Source: Phoronis australis (taxonomy: Eukaryota; Animalia; Phoronida). From it: a stretch of 64,000 bases of DNA. Numbering within the stretch: the first letter of the stretch is position 1; every line of letters begins with the position of its first letter. Below the pieces are notes generated by a model. It was given only the letters and a program-made list of their open reading frames with translations, ran no database searches and was not told the origin of the DNA. Made by a program: the position numbers and the translations under genes. The stretch covers positions 616,183 to 680,182 of the forward strand of contig NMRA01000215.1 in the NCBI GenBank assembly GCA_002633005.1. Reading direction: 5' to 3'. Shown one piece after another: positions 1-13,000 of the stretch.

Positions 1-3000
1 AACCTAATTAAATGGCGGTAATTGAGTGAGTGCATATAATGAGGCACATGTCACTCACTACGGTCGCCATTTTAGTTGGTGATGAACAACAACAACGAAA
101 ATTAAACTAAAATTGATAATTGATAATAAAATCAATTAAGTTACTTTAAAAGTGTTTGTAGTTGTGTTAAATGAACATTATTTGGACTTACGCTTTGGCT
201 GAATTAACATGCAATAAAGTAAAAAAATGCTTGAAAATGTAAAGCTTTTGAATTTCTATGTCACACTCGAAATATGATTGACAGTCGTTTTTAAATTAAT
301 TTCTCCGGGCTTGACATTTTAACATAGCCGCAAGTGACCCCTTGCGGAAGAACCACTTATCTAAAAGTGGCCTACGGTTTGGATGGGCGTGGTCGAATTT
401 TCAACTGATTGACAAACATTCTTCGACCTAATGAAATTATGACATATACATTGACAATGAAAAAGCACTTTTAACACGTTGTATCTCTTGTAGAACCCAA
501 TTTACAGCTTGCTTTTATGGGGGACACTATTTATTATAATGAATGCGTGTTAACTCTTTTTAATTTTGTCGGGGATAAGCACAATGACTAGAACAGCAAA
601 ACAACATGTTGACTTTTAATGGAAGCGGGATAGTTGATAAATTTATTTATGAATTGATGTATGGGATGTTATGTGATTGCGTGGATGAGTTAGTGAGTGT
701 GTGAATGATATTATGATATTCTAGTCCCGTGTCATGTTTTCAACAATACCATTTTGTATTTTAAAGTGTTTAATTTTCAATAAATCGTTGAAAAAAAATC
801 TTCTTTCTGCTAATACATACAAAATCTCTATTCTCGTTTACGTTATGTGGGAGTATTTGGCGAACCCTTTGGTTGTAGAGGAAGTACTTTGTTATTTACA
901 GGTTGCGTTAACTAATGTAAAAAGTGGTTAACAAATTCACTCCGTTATAGGATTCAGTCTACTCTGACTTTCGGTCGGCCCTCTATGCTTATTACTTTCT
1001 CATTGTCGTTTTACAAAGCCCGAGGCTACCATTTCAAATAATTTCCTATCATCATTAAAGCACTTAGTCACGTCTGTTATTGGCTTTTTATGTTCACTTA
1101 ATTTTTGGTAGGCATTTAATTGTGGTCACACGCCGGACTGTTTAGATCGTCCACTTGTAAAGTGTCCTTTTATTGGCGATACCTAACGGGTAATTGCAGT
1201 TTCAATTGTAATTGGGGTACTCAACAAAGATCATTGACTTATCCTGTTATTTTTTCAGGCGTCGTGAGTTAAAATTTAATAGCACTCAAGGCAATTTAAA
1301 GTGAAACTTAGCTGAAAATTGGGACTACGGCTTTATACTGACGACCAGCCTGTGTTGAAGATTTTTCTCTAAAAGAAAATATTTAAATGTTTAGCATCGT
1401 CTCAGACAAAAGATGTTTAAAGTGAAATTGATCGCGGGTATTAGCGTTCATTCATTGTTTGCCCTCCGTTAAATCCCATATAGTGTTTGAATGACGATGT
1501 TTGCTTATGAATTATTCGACTAAGTGGCGACAGAGGATAGCAGTTTGACCGACGGAGAGTGTACGGTCTGATAAGACTCGTCGACTCCAGTCGGTGACAG
1601 GCAGATCGGTGATGGACGACCGAGCCCTTACCTGTTCGACGACTGAAGCAGGTGCTACGCGCAGACGGCACGCGATTCATTTATGGGACTGTCGCTAACT
1701 CGTGAACATGGCTTTATGTTTTCGGACTTCCTACGGTGGGTAGATTTGTCAATAGTGTGCAACAGTAGGCTAAATAAAATTATATTTTTCCTTGATAGTT
1801 TGCTTGTACAGTGTATGTATAAGAGCATTGATAACCGACTAAAACGATTACCGTAATCCATTTTGTTTTTTATTTTTTAATAGTTGTGACTAAGGCATTA
1901 AAACGATTTCTTTTCATGTTGTCTTACATATCGCGGAAAGTTCAAGTGCAGAGATTAATGGAATCATAAAGTTATGCAATTTCCCTTGATGAACACCTTG
2001 TTGATTTTAATTTCAAATATAATGTGATGACAATGAAATATCCGTAAACATTAATATGATAACTACTATTAACCTTAAATAAATATTTTTATTTTCCTTT
2101 GTGCAATGTGGTTTTCAAATCATTATGAATATCTTTTAGTAGGATTAAAGAGTCCAAATGAAGTAGTATAAAGTCGTGTAATATAACCTGAAGTAAAATT
2201 GATTATTGAGAATCAATATTACATCCACGCGAACAATTGAATTTATGATGCAATATTCTTAAAAAATATTGTTGTTAAAACACAACGTTAATTAACGATC
2301 CAACGTCACGTGAATTGAGGTCACGTATAAAACGTAAAAATGCCCCCGTCAAACTATGGATTAAGAAAATTATTGATAAGAAATCTAGTGAAGCAGATTT
2401 TTATTAATGCGTTGCACTGGATGTTTAATATGGATTACATTTATCTCATTTCATGTTGTGTTTGACTAAAGTCTGGGTAAACCAAGAAGGGAATTAATTA
2501 GGATATTTAACGACAGACATATATCATCCGCCTGTCTTCCATTCAGTTAGTGGTAGCGAGCGTTATTTTTTGTTTTGTGTTAGATCGTTTGTAATTAAGC
2601 TTTCCTCAACAGCATGTATTGCTGTTAAATTTTTTAAATATTAAACGGCAATTAACGTATAAGCATATCCACGGTAACCAATTATTAATTCAGACCTTAT
2701 GCAATTTAAGTCACCGTACATGTGGGTATTTAGACCCATCCTACTGCACGTGAACTTGCGCCTACATCCGGAATTATGCACGTGCGGTTACATGTGAAAC
2801 ATTTAGCTGAATATTTGCTGACGTTGCGTTGTATTCAATTTAACAATATCTATTGGTACAAATTTTAAGAATAGTTAAGCACACACTTGAAGGTGTGCAA
2901 GGAATAGTCGTGGTTTAGTGAAGCTAGTTCGCATGCGGCTAAATGCGATTCAACGCTTAAAGGTGAATTTTGTCCTGTTTAGCTGGCTAAGAAACGAAAC

Positions 3001-4734
3001 TATAATTAGGTCTTTTACTCTCATAAAATCGTATCATAATATTCCTGATCGCGGCAGGCTTACGTTTCCGTCACGTGAATCACGTCACGTGCAATAAGCA
3101 CACGCACCATTGTTGAATTCGCAGTTTTAATTTTGGACAATGCCAATAATTTCTGAAGCGTTTACCTGAGTCGTTGTTTTTACGATGTTTTTGTTAGTAA
3201 CGGAAGAATAATAATATGACGATAAGGAATAACATGAGTTCGAAATTATGGCGGTAAAAGGTCTTGTACCATTTCCGGTTTTACCCAGCTCAATAGGGTT
3301 AAATGCAGATCATACCGGTATGAATAATAATTTGCACTTTTTGAACCGGTCGAATATGTGAAGATATATTGTTCGTTTTATTGCAAAACACTGCAGCGTG
3401 GGTACTGTATAGCTTCAATATCATGGCAATTTAATTTTGTTTTAACTTGAAGACACTATATGAGCATACCTATTGTCACTGCAGACAAAGTGTCATTGTC
3501 AAGTGGAGTCAGTATAATGTCACATATGGGAGTGAGAAAAACGGATCAGCTGATGGGATGTCTTAAAATAATAACTCAAGTTCGACATACGTCCGCAATA
3601 TAACGAATTGTGTCAAAAGGTTCGTTTCCAGAAATCAATAGCGAAGGAAAATAGGAAATCCTTTTCATTTATCTTACAATTATGTTACCTTAATATCGAA
3701 TGCGTTTCCGAACGAATGCTTCATTGGCGCACCTCAACGGGGTAAAATATGAGACGGTCAAACATTATTTGGTCTAAACAAGGAGTATCTAGCATCAAGA
3801 ATATTGTGCTGTTGGTTGGAATCAATTGGCATTCTTCAATTATCGAAACATTAATCACTTCTTAAATTATTCTACAATTTTATAGTCATCTAGTAAACAT
3901 GCACAGCACGTGTAGCTCATGAAGGTATTAAATTGTGCTTAAAATCTCACTGAATATCAGAAATGCTTATAATGGAATTAAGCTGTTTTTCACACCCTTC
4001 TACAAGTATCTTTTGCGCGTGGATTTTTTAGAAATTCCCCAGACCTGTAGTCGATTAATCCCGAATACACTTGGGTGTCTTCACCGTTTGTTCAACTGAC
4101 TATTTCTCCTGGAAAATTAATGATTTTAGTTTCAACTTTTTATTTGAATATTTTTTTCTAAATGGAAACTGAAACATTTACTCTCACAGTCACACCTTCC
4201 GGCACTGCTTGGCTTAACTTTGCAGTCACGTGAATCTATAATGGTTTTACAATCAACAAAAATACATAATTTTAAAAAAAATCTGTCCTATGTTAACGAA
4301 TACTTCATTATATACAATAGCCCGACTGAAATTTGATTTTACTTAGGTATCTTCTAGTGCTTACCAGTCGTCTTATAAATAACTAAGTGCCAACAGAAAC
4401 ACTTCAAATATTTGTTGCTTGTATAGCCGAAATCTATCATTCAGAAAAAGCGATGTTATTTTTAATTAGTCATTCTAAACAATAATCTCAAACCTCTTGT
4501 GAATAATTTTGAAATGTAGATTGACGGAACGTACAGAGAAAATTATTTTTCTTCTCAAATTAACGAACAATGCATATTTTTATGACCATCTCTTCATGAA
4601 TTGAAACAAGTAATCTTGTTCATAAATCAATAAGTAACGCAATGATTACCATTTTAATGGTACCTTTTGAGACACAGTTGTATTCCTGACCATGCGCATT
4701 TATGCCCATAAAGGAACACTTCGTGTTTACTCTT

Positions 4735-5000
4735 CATGAGCACACCCAGCCTTCAATATGGGGGGGGGGTCGAATTCCTGACGTTGTGGAACTTTTGCTA
4801 ACAAAAGAGCGGGCGGACTACAAAAAAAAACAAAAAAAAAAACGGGAGCACCACTGTAAAGTGCGCGTTTGCGCTAATTTAGTGAACTTTTGTCCCATTT
4901 TCTCAGACTTTTTGTCTCTCAGGGGGAGGACCTTTTTGCCCACTTCGCCAAATGGGGGCTCCTTCGAGCCCCCCTCCCCCTCCCCCTGGGTGCGCGCATG
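4735..5000. mobile_element. short MITE with CATG(C)GCGCACCCAG-type TIRs
   Basis: CATGAGCACACCCAG...CTGGGTGCGCGCATG with G- and C-tracts; a second copy lies at 16786-17046. Confidence 0.7.
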
Positions 5001-5907
5001 ACGTATCGCGATGACCCCGAAAAACTTAAGAAACCGGTAATCAGGCAAGATTTGGCAAGACTTTTGTTGTATACGTGACGCACATAGTTCGTCAGACCAC
5101 TCGATTTCAGTTGAAACTAAAAACTTGGGTCAAATATTGTTGATAAAGTGCTGTGAATAAACAGGAATTTATCAGAAAAGTTCACTTTGTTAAAGAACTT
5201 TTAAAGATTAGAGATGTGTACTATTAGTTAGCCGAGTCCGTGCGTTATTTCAACGAAGACCTCTTCCAAGCTAGAGACGCCTCTCTTGACAGAAAATCAC
5301 CACGGCAACGCGCGTGCAGGTTTACGAGGCAGGCCATTGGTTTTGCGATGTAGGTGCCAAACTGTGGAAAGTGAAATACTTTTTGCGCAAGCTTCTGTGT
5401 GCGATAATACATCTACTTCGTAACCCAACACTGGCGTGCATTATCTTACTGACATCTGGTCAGAGTTATCTCCACATGTAACCACATGCCATATTTTCAG
5501 ACCAAAAAAATCGTACCATTATCATTAAATTTTATTATCGGGCATCAAAAGCAATTCCAAGTGACCATCTACACAATGCAGTCCCACAGTGACACGAACG
5601 TAATCGTCTGAGCAGGCAATGGATATGTAGAACCCCAGCGATACTTACACATATCTTCTACTATGTCGTATGGGGTTGTGTACGTTGCATCTCTCTCACG
5701 TTCTTTGTCACGTTACAACCATGGCCAGATTCATTTTTGTGCGTAAAATTTACAAAAAAAAAAAAAACAAAAAAACATACGGTTGTTGATTCCAACAGCA
5801 TTCGACGGTATTTCCCGAGGATTCCACAGGCAAAGCCCGTGTATTCAAAGGAAGAGCAAGTAAACAAACATTGGAAAATTAGAAGCTGTTTTAAAAACAC
5901 GAAAACT

Positions 5908-8900
5908 ACATAAAATTTACAATCATTTAGAAAATCTTATTCTGTTTTCATAGTCTATCAATGGCCTCGTTTATAAATTTAAGTCGTGTCTAGAAGTATA
6001 TTTCGCCGAACTCTTTTGAGCCACGTCGTGAAACCGGTTCCAACGTATAATTGTACAGATTATGACCATGCAAAGTTAAGTTGCAATGCCTTGCTTGTGC
6101 TTTGATTCGGTAATACAATTGCGAGCTCATTATATATATTACAATTTTAAGGATTTAAACTTTGAACTTTAAATACTCATACGACATATTACTTTATTAT
6201 GTGTGCGCACTCACGAAATGTCTCAGGTTTGACGTCGTTGTTTGGATAATTTTGGGTTTAGGCGTCAAGCAGGTATCAGCCAGAGCACCACCAAGTGGTT
6301 GACCACACGGCGCTTTTGACAATCAGGCTTCATGTCGTAAAATTTTCAATCTTTATTTAAAAATATTCTTTGTCGAGCTTTTTACAGACTCACGAAATGT
6401 CCTTGATTTCCGCGACATGTTTATCAGTTCTTGGCGTTTCTACAAGCTGGTCTCACCTTGTGCGATATGAAATACATGTACGCTCCTTTGCAGCGTGCTT
6501 ATGTAGTGACTATCTGAAGTAATGCGTCATGTAGAATGCAGAAATAAACAAGGTAACACATGTTGGCTTTCGTAGCTGACGCACCATTCATGAGCACAAA
6601 ACCTTGACCGCAACGCCACCTCTCAGACGCTTTGTTGGTGTCGCACCTAGTTCTCTTGTTACAACATCCGTAAACAATTTGTTTCGTACCCCTGTGGAGT
6701 GTTAGTTTCCTGACACAACTGTCCACCTGGTTGGCTCCTGGCGCCCGGACGCAGGTCAACGCCCAGAAAACGCCTGCCATGTGGCCTGTTGTGTGAGTTA
6801 ATTGTGACGCCGTCTCTGACGGAAATTTGTGGACAGACATTGTATTACATAACGCGTGCACTGTAATGGGGTAGAGCTGGAAAGCGATACCAGAGAGTGA
6901 GAAATGAATATTGCGGAGAAAGCCTCACTTGATTGTCTCAGAAACTTATGACATTTCACCTCTCTAGTATTATTTCTTCACCTAGTACTGCCTAGTACTG
7001 TGGGTTTCCAGACTCGGGCGTGTGTATTTCAAGCCTTATAGAGGGCGTTGGAATAATACGTCAAGTTCGAAGTTTGTTACAAGTTATGGTTGAATAAATG
7101 CTTGGTTCTAAAGAGCTGTGTGTAACTGTGCGTGTGTCTGTCACCTATGACCCGCAATAGCGTGCAGAGGTTTGGTGATGCCCTGGGCGATATATATTTG
7201 ATGTCCATCTCTTTACGTAGATGCATGGACCCTAGTAATAAGAACAGTAAAAAAGATGAAACTCAAAATAGAAACTTTATTTAGTTTAACTGCAAATCAG
7301 TCACAATTTCAAAAGTTTATTCATAGTGATTGGATGCCCTCGATGTGGAGATCCAGGGCTCGACATAACGAGCTGCAGGTCGCATTTGCGACCTGAAATT
7401 TGGAAATGCGAGCTGAGATTTTTGTCAGCTCATATAAAGTCGCAAAATGCGACCTGGAATTTCCAACGAATGCGAGCTGAGTTTTTACACTTCTAAACAG
7501 ATACCTGGCAAATACACAGCAGCTCTTGTTAATCCGACCGTTATTTGGTTGTTGCCAAATACAAGTTCAAAAGAACCCTAACCGAGAACATGCCTCGATC
7601 CCGATGACTTGTAAGCAAGTCGCGTGAACATGGGATATGCAGAATCGATCTTTGACGCGTTTCATTGGCTAACACNATAAAATTTACAATCATTTAGAAA
7701 ATCTTATTCTGTTTTCATATTCTATCAATGGCCTCGTTTATAAATTTAAGTCGTGTCTAGAAGTATATTTCGCCGAACTCTTTTGAGCCACGTCGTGAAA
7801 CCGGTTCCAACGTATAATTGTACAGATTATGACCAAGCAATGTTAAGTTGCAATGCCTTGCTTGTGCTTTGATTCGGTAATACAATTGCGAGCTCATTAT
7901 ATATATTACAATTTTAAGGATTTAAACTTTGAACTTTAAATACTCATACGACACATTACTTTATTATGTGTGCACACTCACGAAATGTCTCAGGTTTGAC
8001 GTCGTTGTTTGGATAATTTTGGGTTTAGGCGTCAAGCAGGTATCAGCCAGAGCTCCACCTAGTGGTTGACCACACCGGGCGGCGCTTTTGACAATCGGGC
8101 TTCATGTCGTAAAATTTTCTTGATTTAAAAATATTCTTTGTCGAGCTTTTTTACAGACTCACGAAATGTCCTTGATTTCCACCACATGTTTATCAGTTCT
8201 TGGCGTTTCGACAAGGTGGTCTCACCTTGTGCGATATGAAATACATGTACGCTCCTTTGCAGCGTGCTTATGTAGTGACTATCTGAAGTAATGCGTCATG
8301 TAGAATGCAGAAATAAATAAGGTAACACATGTTGGCTTTCGTAGCTGACGCACCATTCATGAGCACAAAACCTTGACCGCAACGCCACCTCTCAGACGCT
8401 TTGTTGGTGTCGCACCTAGTTCTCTTGTTACAACATCCGTAAACAATTTGTTCCGTACCCCTGTGGAGTGTTAGTTTCCTGACACAACTGTCCACCTGTT
8501 TGGCTCCTGGCGCCCGGACGCAGGTCAACGCCCAGAAAACGCCTGCCATGTGGCCTGTTGTGTGAGTTAATTGTGACGCCGTCTCTGACGGAAATTTGTG
8601 GACAGACATTGCATTACATAACGCGTCCACTGTAATGGGTAGAGCTGGAAAGCGATACCAGAGAGTGAGAAATGAATATTGCGGAGAAAGATCACTTGAT
8701 TGTCACAGGAACTTATGACATTTCACCTCTCTAGTATTATTTCTTCACCTAGTACTGTGGGTTTCCAGACTCGGGCGTGTGTATTTCAAGCCTTATAGAG
8801 GGCGTTGGAATAATACGTCAAGTTCGAAGTTTGTTACAAGTTATGGTTGAATAAATGCTTGGTTCTAAAGAGCTGTGTGTAACTGTGCGTGTGTCTGTCA

Positions 8901-9110
8901 CCTATGACCCGCAGTAGCGTGCAGAGGTTTGGTGATGCCCTGGGCGATATATATTTGATGTCCATCTCTTTACGTAGATGCATGGACCCTAGTACTAAGA
9001 ACAGTAAAAAAGATGAAACACTAAATAGAAACTTTATTTAGTTTAACTGCAAATCAGTCACAATTTCAAAAGTTTATTCATAGTGATAGGATGCCCTCGA
9101 TGTGGAGATC
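5908..9110. repeat. about 1.45 kb near-identical tandem duplication separated by a single N
   Basis: About 5908-7353 matches about 7677-9110 with scattered SNPs and small indels; the junction is the N at 7676. Confidence 0.9.
7354..7675 (+). mobile_element. partial insertion with CAGGG terminus (hAT-like MITE), present in only one duplicate copy
   Basis: Copy 1 continues GGAGATC|CAGGGCTCGAC... whereas copy 2 continues GGAGATC|CCAAAGCC; internal repeats of tgcgacctg/gcgagctgag; cut off by the N. Confidence 0.55.
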
Positions 9111-9762
9111 CCAAAGCCGTCTCCCCGTCGCCCCCTCTTTTGCACATTATTGTCATGGTGGCAGCATTGGGATTGTTTAATTATTCATGTGTGTTTATGC
9201 AGACCAAGTGTGAACCTTTACTGGTAATGAACAAGCAGCAACTGGCGACACAATCCGTCATGTAAATGTACTGTTGTGTGCCGATTTTAATAGCTTGTTG
9301 TTTTCATAATAATGCATATGTGAAACGTTGTATTTACATTTCCTTTGACATTTAAAGCAGTAAAAACTCCATTACGCATCTGTGGACAATTATGAGACAG
9401 GGAATACCCAATCTTTGCTTGAGGTTTCATAAAACGTTTTGTTTTTGTCCGCAAATTGCTGTCACGTGACGCCAACACTTTGGTCGTTAGGCCGACGTCT
9501 CGAAAGCCGGGACAGTCAATGCGGAACGCCACCGACATGCAGGGCATAGACATGGCGTGATAAAGACTGATATATGTACAAATATAATGTTTCACACGGA
9601 AACAAATGCGTTAATCTGATTGTCTGGGAGAAACACATTTGTTTACCCCATGCCGACGCAGGATATGGAAGTACTGTTTGGAAACTAGGGAGGAAAACGT
9701 ACTTCAGTAATGGGTTCATGGAGATTTCTGCACTGATGGCAAATAATTCGTTAAAATTTCAG

Positions 9763-10007
9763 ATGTTAACGCAGGGTATGAAGAGCATTCGCACACACCC
9801 AACAGTGATAATAAACGATCAACTCCAATCAGTGACACATCATCGGAAGAGTGTCACCTTCTCAGACAGAGGACGAAACGGAAACCACGTGTGCTCTTCT
9901 CTCAGGCACAGGTTTATGAGCTGGAGCGGCGGTTTAAACAACAAAGATATTTGTCAGCACCCGAACGGGAACAAATGGCCTCAATGCTCAAGTTAACCTC
10001 AACACAG
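9763..10007 (+). CDS. NK4: NK4 exon: linker plus homeodomain residues 1-44
   Basis: Acceptor tttcAG at 9761-9762 and donor cag|GTaaat at 10008. 245 nt, phase 1 in and phase 0 out, reading ..[49 protein letters not shown]...KLTSTQ. The ORF track shows a different frame here. Confidence 0.92.
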
Positions 10008-13000
10008 GTAAATGTATTTTGACGGCGGAAATACAGCTGCTGTGTGTGCAGTCATCATCGCCATGGTCATCATCGTCATCATCAATATTTCTATCACCAC
10101 CTCCACCAGTACCATCACAACCACCATCATCGTCATCATAGCATCATCATTATCGTCATCACCACCATCACCATCATCGTCATNNNNNNNNNNNNNNNNN
10201 NNNNNNNNNNNNNNNNNNNNNNNNNNNNNNNNNNNNNNNCCACCACCACCACCACCATCAACACCACCACCACGACCACCACCACCATCACCACCACTAC
10301 CACCGCCACCACCACTCCAGTTTTACTCGTGACTTTATTATTATTAACAAGCTTACAAGTATGCACTACTACGGTGGCTGTGAAAGGACGGCACGGCAAC
10401 TTTTTTTCTCCGTTGTTAACTCTATTAATAGACTTAATAACTCTATCGATAGACTTAATATCTCTATCGATAGAGTTACTACTCTATCGCTAGACTTTTT
10501 AACTCTATCGATAGACTTACTAACTCTATCGATAGACTTATTAACTCTGTCGATAGACTTACAAATTCTATCGATAGACTTATTAATTCTGTCGATAGAC
10601 TTACAAATTCTATCGATAGACTTATTAATTCTTTCGATAGAGTAAGTCTATCGATATAGTAAGTCTATCGATAGAGATAGTAAGTCTATCGATAGAGTTA
10701 GTAAGTCTCGATAGAGTTATTAAGTCTATCGATAGAGATAGTAAGTCTATCGATATAGTTAGTAAGTCTATCGATAGAGTTAATAAGTCTATCGATAGAG
10801 TTAGCAACGGAGAAAAATAGTTGCCGTGCCGTCCTTTCACAGTCACCGTACACACCAGAGTTGTATCTCCGCACCAAATTTTCCTTGAGGCAAGTTTTGT
10901 TGTTGAACACGACGTTCCATAGCCTGAGTAGATAAGTACCGGACAATTGTGCTGTATACAACTATTTTCTCGTTATGTGATTTGGATATGAAGCCTGTAA
11001 TACTGACTATTTGTGCTTTCATCACTGCCATGAACCTACATCATAACGCGAGATCAGCCTGCCGTCAACTAGAGCGCTTATCTACTAACACAATTAAAAT
11101 TAAAGGGACGTCGTGTTCAGGAAAACTTGTCTCAGTTATGCATACCATGGGTAATCAACTTTAATTGTGTATGATATTCAAGAAGACTTGGTCAGACAGC
11201 TGATATATTCCTGTATGTCCTTCACTGGACTTAGATAATTTAATGCAACATTTCGTCTGTCACATTCATCGATATACGCTTATATTCCTACATTACGTGA
11301 CGAGAAAGGCGTAATGGTAGTTTGTCGATTAAATGTACATTTGAAAGCGAAATTCAATGATTGATGAGTCACGAAATTTATAATATCAAAACGTCGCTTG
11401 CACATTCAGATCGCAGGTTATAAAAACGAATTCTCTGCTGCACGCTTTTTTATGTGAGTCTGAACGTTGAAAATTATGTGAAATAGATGTATTCCGGTCA
11501 TTCCAGCATTGCCCTGTAGACCATAAAACTGACGCCGAGACTATAAAACACCTAGTAGTTCTGCTTTAAATCAATTCTGAGAACAACAACAGATAATTTT
11601 AACGGACGTACAGCCGATAAGGAATCGTCATGAACACGCGCATTGCAAAAAGCTTGACAAGCTTTTAAGATAGCACTCTTCTGACCTGCGTTTTAGACGT
11701 GTTGTCAGAGTATTCGATATCGCAAAGGCTGCCAGCTTTCCTTGCTTGCCTGCATGCACCATTGATACTCTGGCCGCAATCATGAGCGCCGTCTTTTGCC
11801 GATAAAACGAACTGATTATACTTTCATCACCGCACAGCAGCCATTTCATTCTTATAACGTATTGTTTGAACCAATACGCTACCTCTAGTAGTCATATAAA
11901 GGATACATTTCGATGAATATAATTTTGACTATCATGTCTTCTTTTGTAACATCGTACTTCATGTATATTCTAAGACGTTTTAATCAAGGATACAAAAATT
12001 CGCATAGGGTAACGCCATGTGTCATACATCAATGGCGAGTTAAAGGAGAAAGCAACGTTTTTCATGTCAGTTTCACTAAAAATACGGTTCGTTGATTATC
12101 CCAGACATGTATATCAGTCAATCACGGCTTCCCATAATTTAATTAATTAGTCATGCCCTATTCCGTAATTGATATTTAGGAGGTTAAGAATGTCCGTCCA
12201 TTTTGTTTCTGCGTTCGAGTTTAGTGTGAAGATCTGTTCTACTGTTGTTTTTGTGCTGGTTCGCTAAAATTGCCGTCACCACTTCCCATCGACGTGTATT
12301 CGACGACAAGCTAGGCTGTTAGAGGATTCAATTACGGTACGTTGGATTTAGGAATAATTTAGTTCAGTCACGGTTGTCAAGTCTGAGAATGGCTGGATAT
12401 GTGGCGACCCATATTGAGTGGCGTGAGTGACGGAACCATTGTTAAAAGCGGTGGTGACGAGGACTCTTTTTCATTTTCACTAACAGCCAGTGGATGGATA
12501 TGTGTTTGAGCCCAAGTCTAGTGAGACAGAATGCGCACTCCCACTGGATGGTGACCTGAGCACCCAAACCGCTTAAATCCCGCCGTGGGACTCCGTTGCC
12601 AAACACTTGGCATCTTTTAAATTGCTACAGTACTTTAGTGAAGTTCACAGTAAACTTATCAAAGTTTGGGTTTGCTGTTCACTCGACGACGAACTGTCGT
12701 CTTTGCTGAGTGACGAACGGGGGATATTCACTCCCACCACTTAACGTCGCTGCAGGACTGCTTATAGGCTCTGGGCTGGACGCAACACCGGCAGAGAGTG
12801 AATCACTGCTGGTTCCCGCGATTGCAATCACGCTCGTGAAGGTACGTTCTGAGGCTCGGGAGACAGTAGATGAAGGGCCTCCAGTCATGGTAGGGGACGT
12901 AGCTAGTGGGGCATCTCATTTCAAAAATGCACTTCTCGGAGGTGGTGACGGTGCACTGCCTGGAATCAACAGCGACGCTATGTCACCTTTCTTTAGGCGA

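Noticed and set aside
1441-1740. GC-richer stretch considered as NK4 exon 1
   Set aside because: All three plus-strand frames hit stops, and no TN/eh1 (TPFSVKDIL-like) motif is present.
9574-9996. 140-aa ORF overlapping the homeobox exon
   Set aside because: Wrong frame; the real exon is in another frame bounded by splice sites.
10012-10493. Poly-Pro/His/Thr ORFs
   Set aside because: Translations of an intronic (CAT/CAC)n microsatellite with an N gap.
10361-10961. Leucine-zipper-like LSIDLLT repeat ORFs and a CRISPR-like appearance
   Set aside because: Product of a 21-bp tandem repeat in a MITE; no unique spacers, no cas genes, eukaryotic context.
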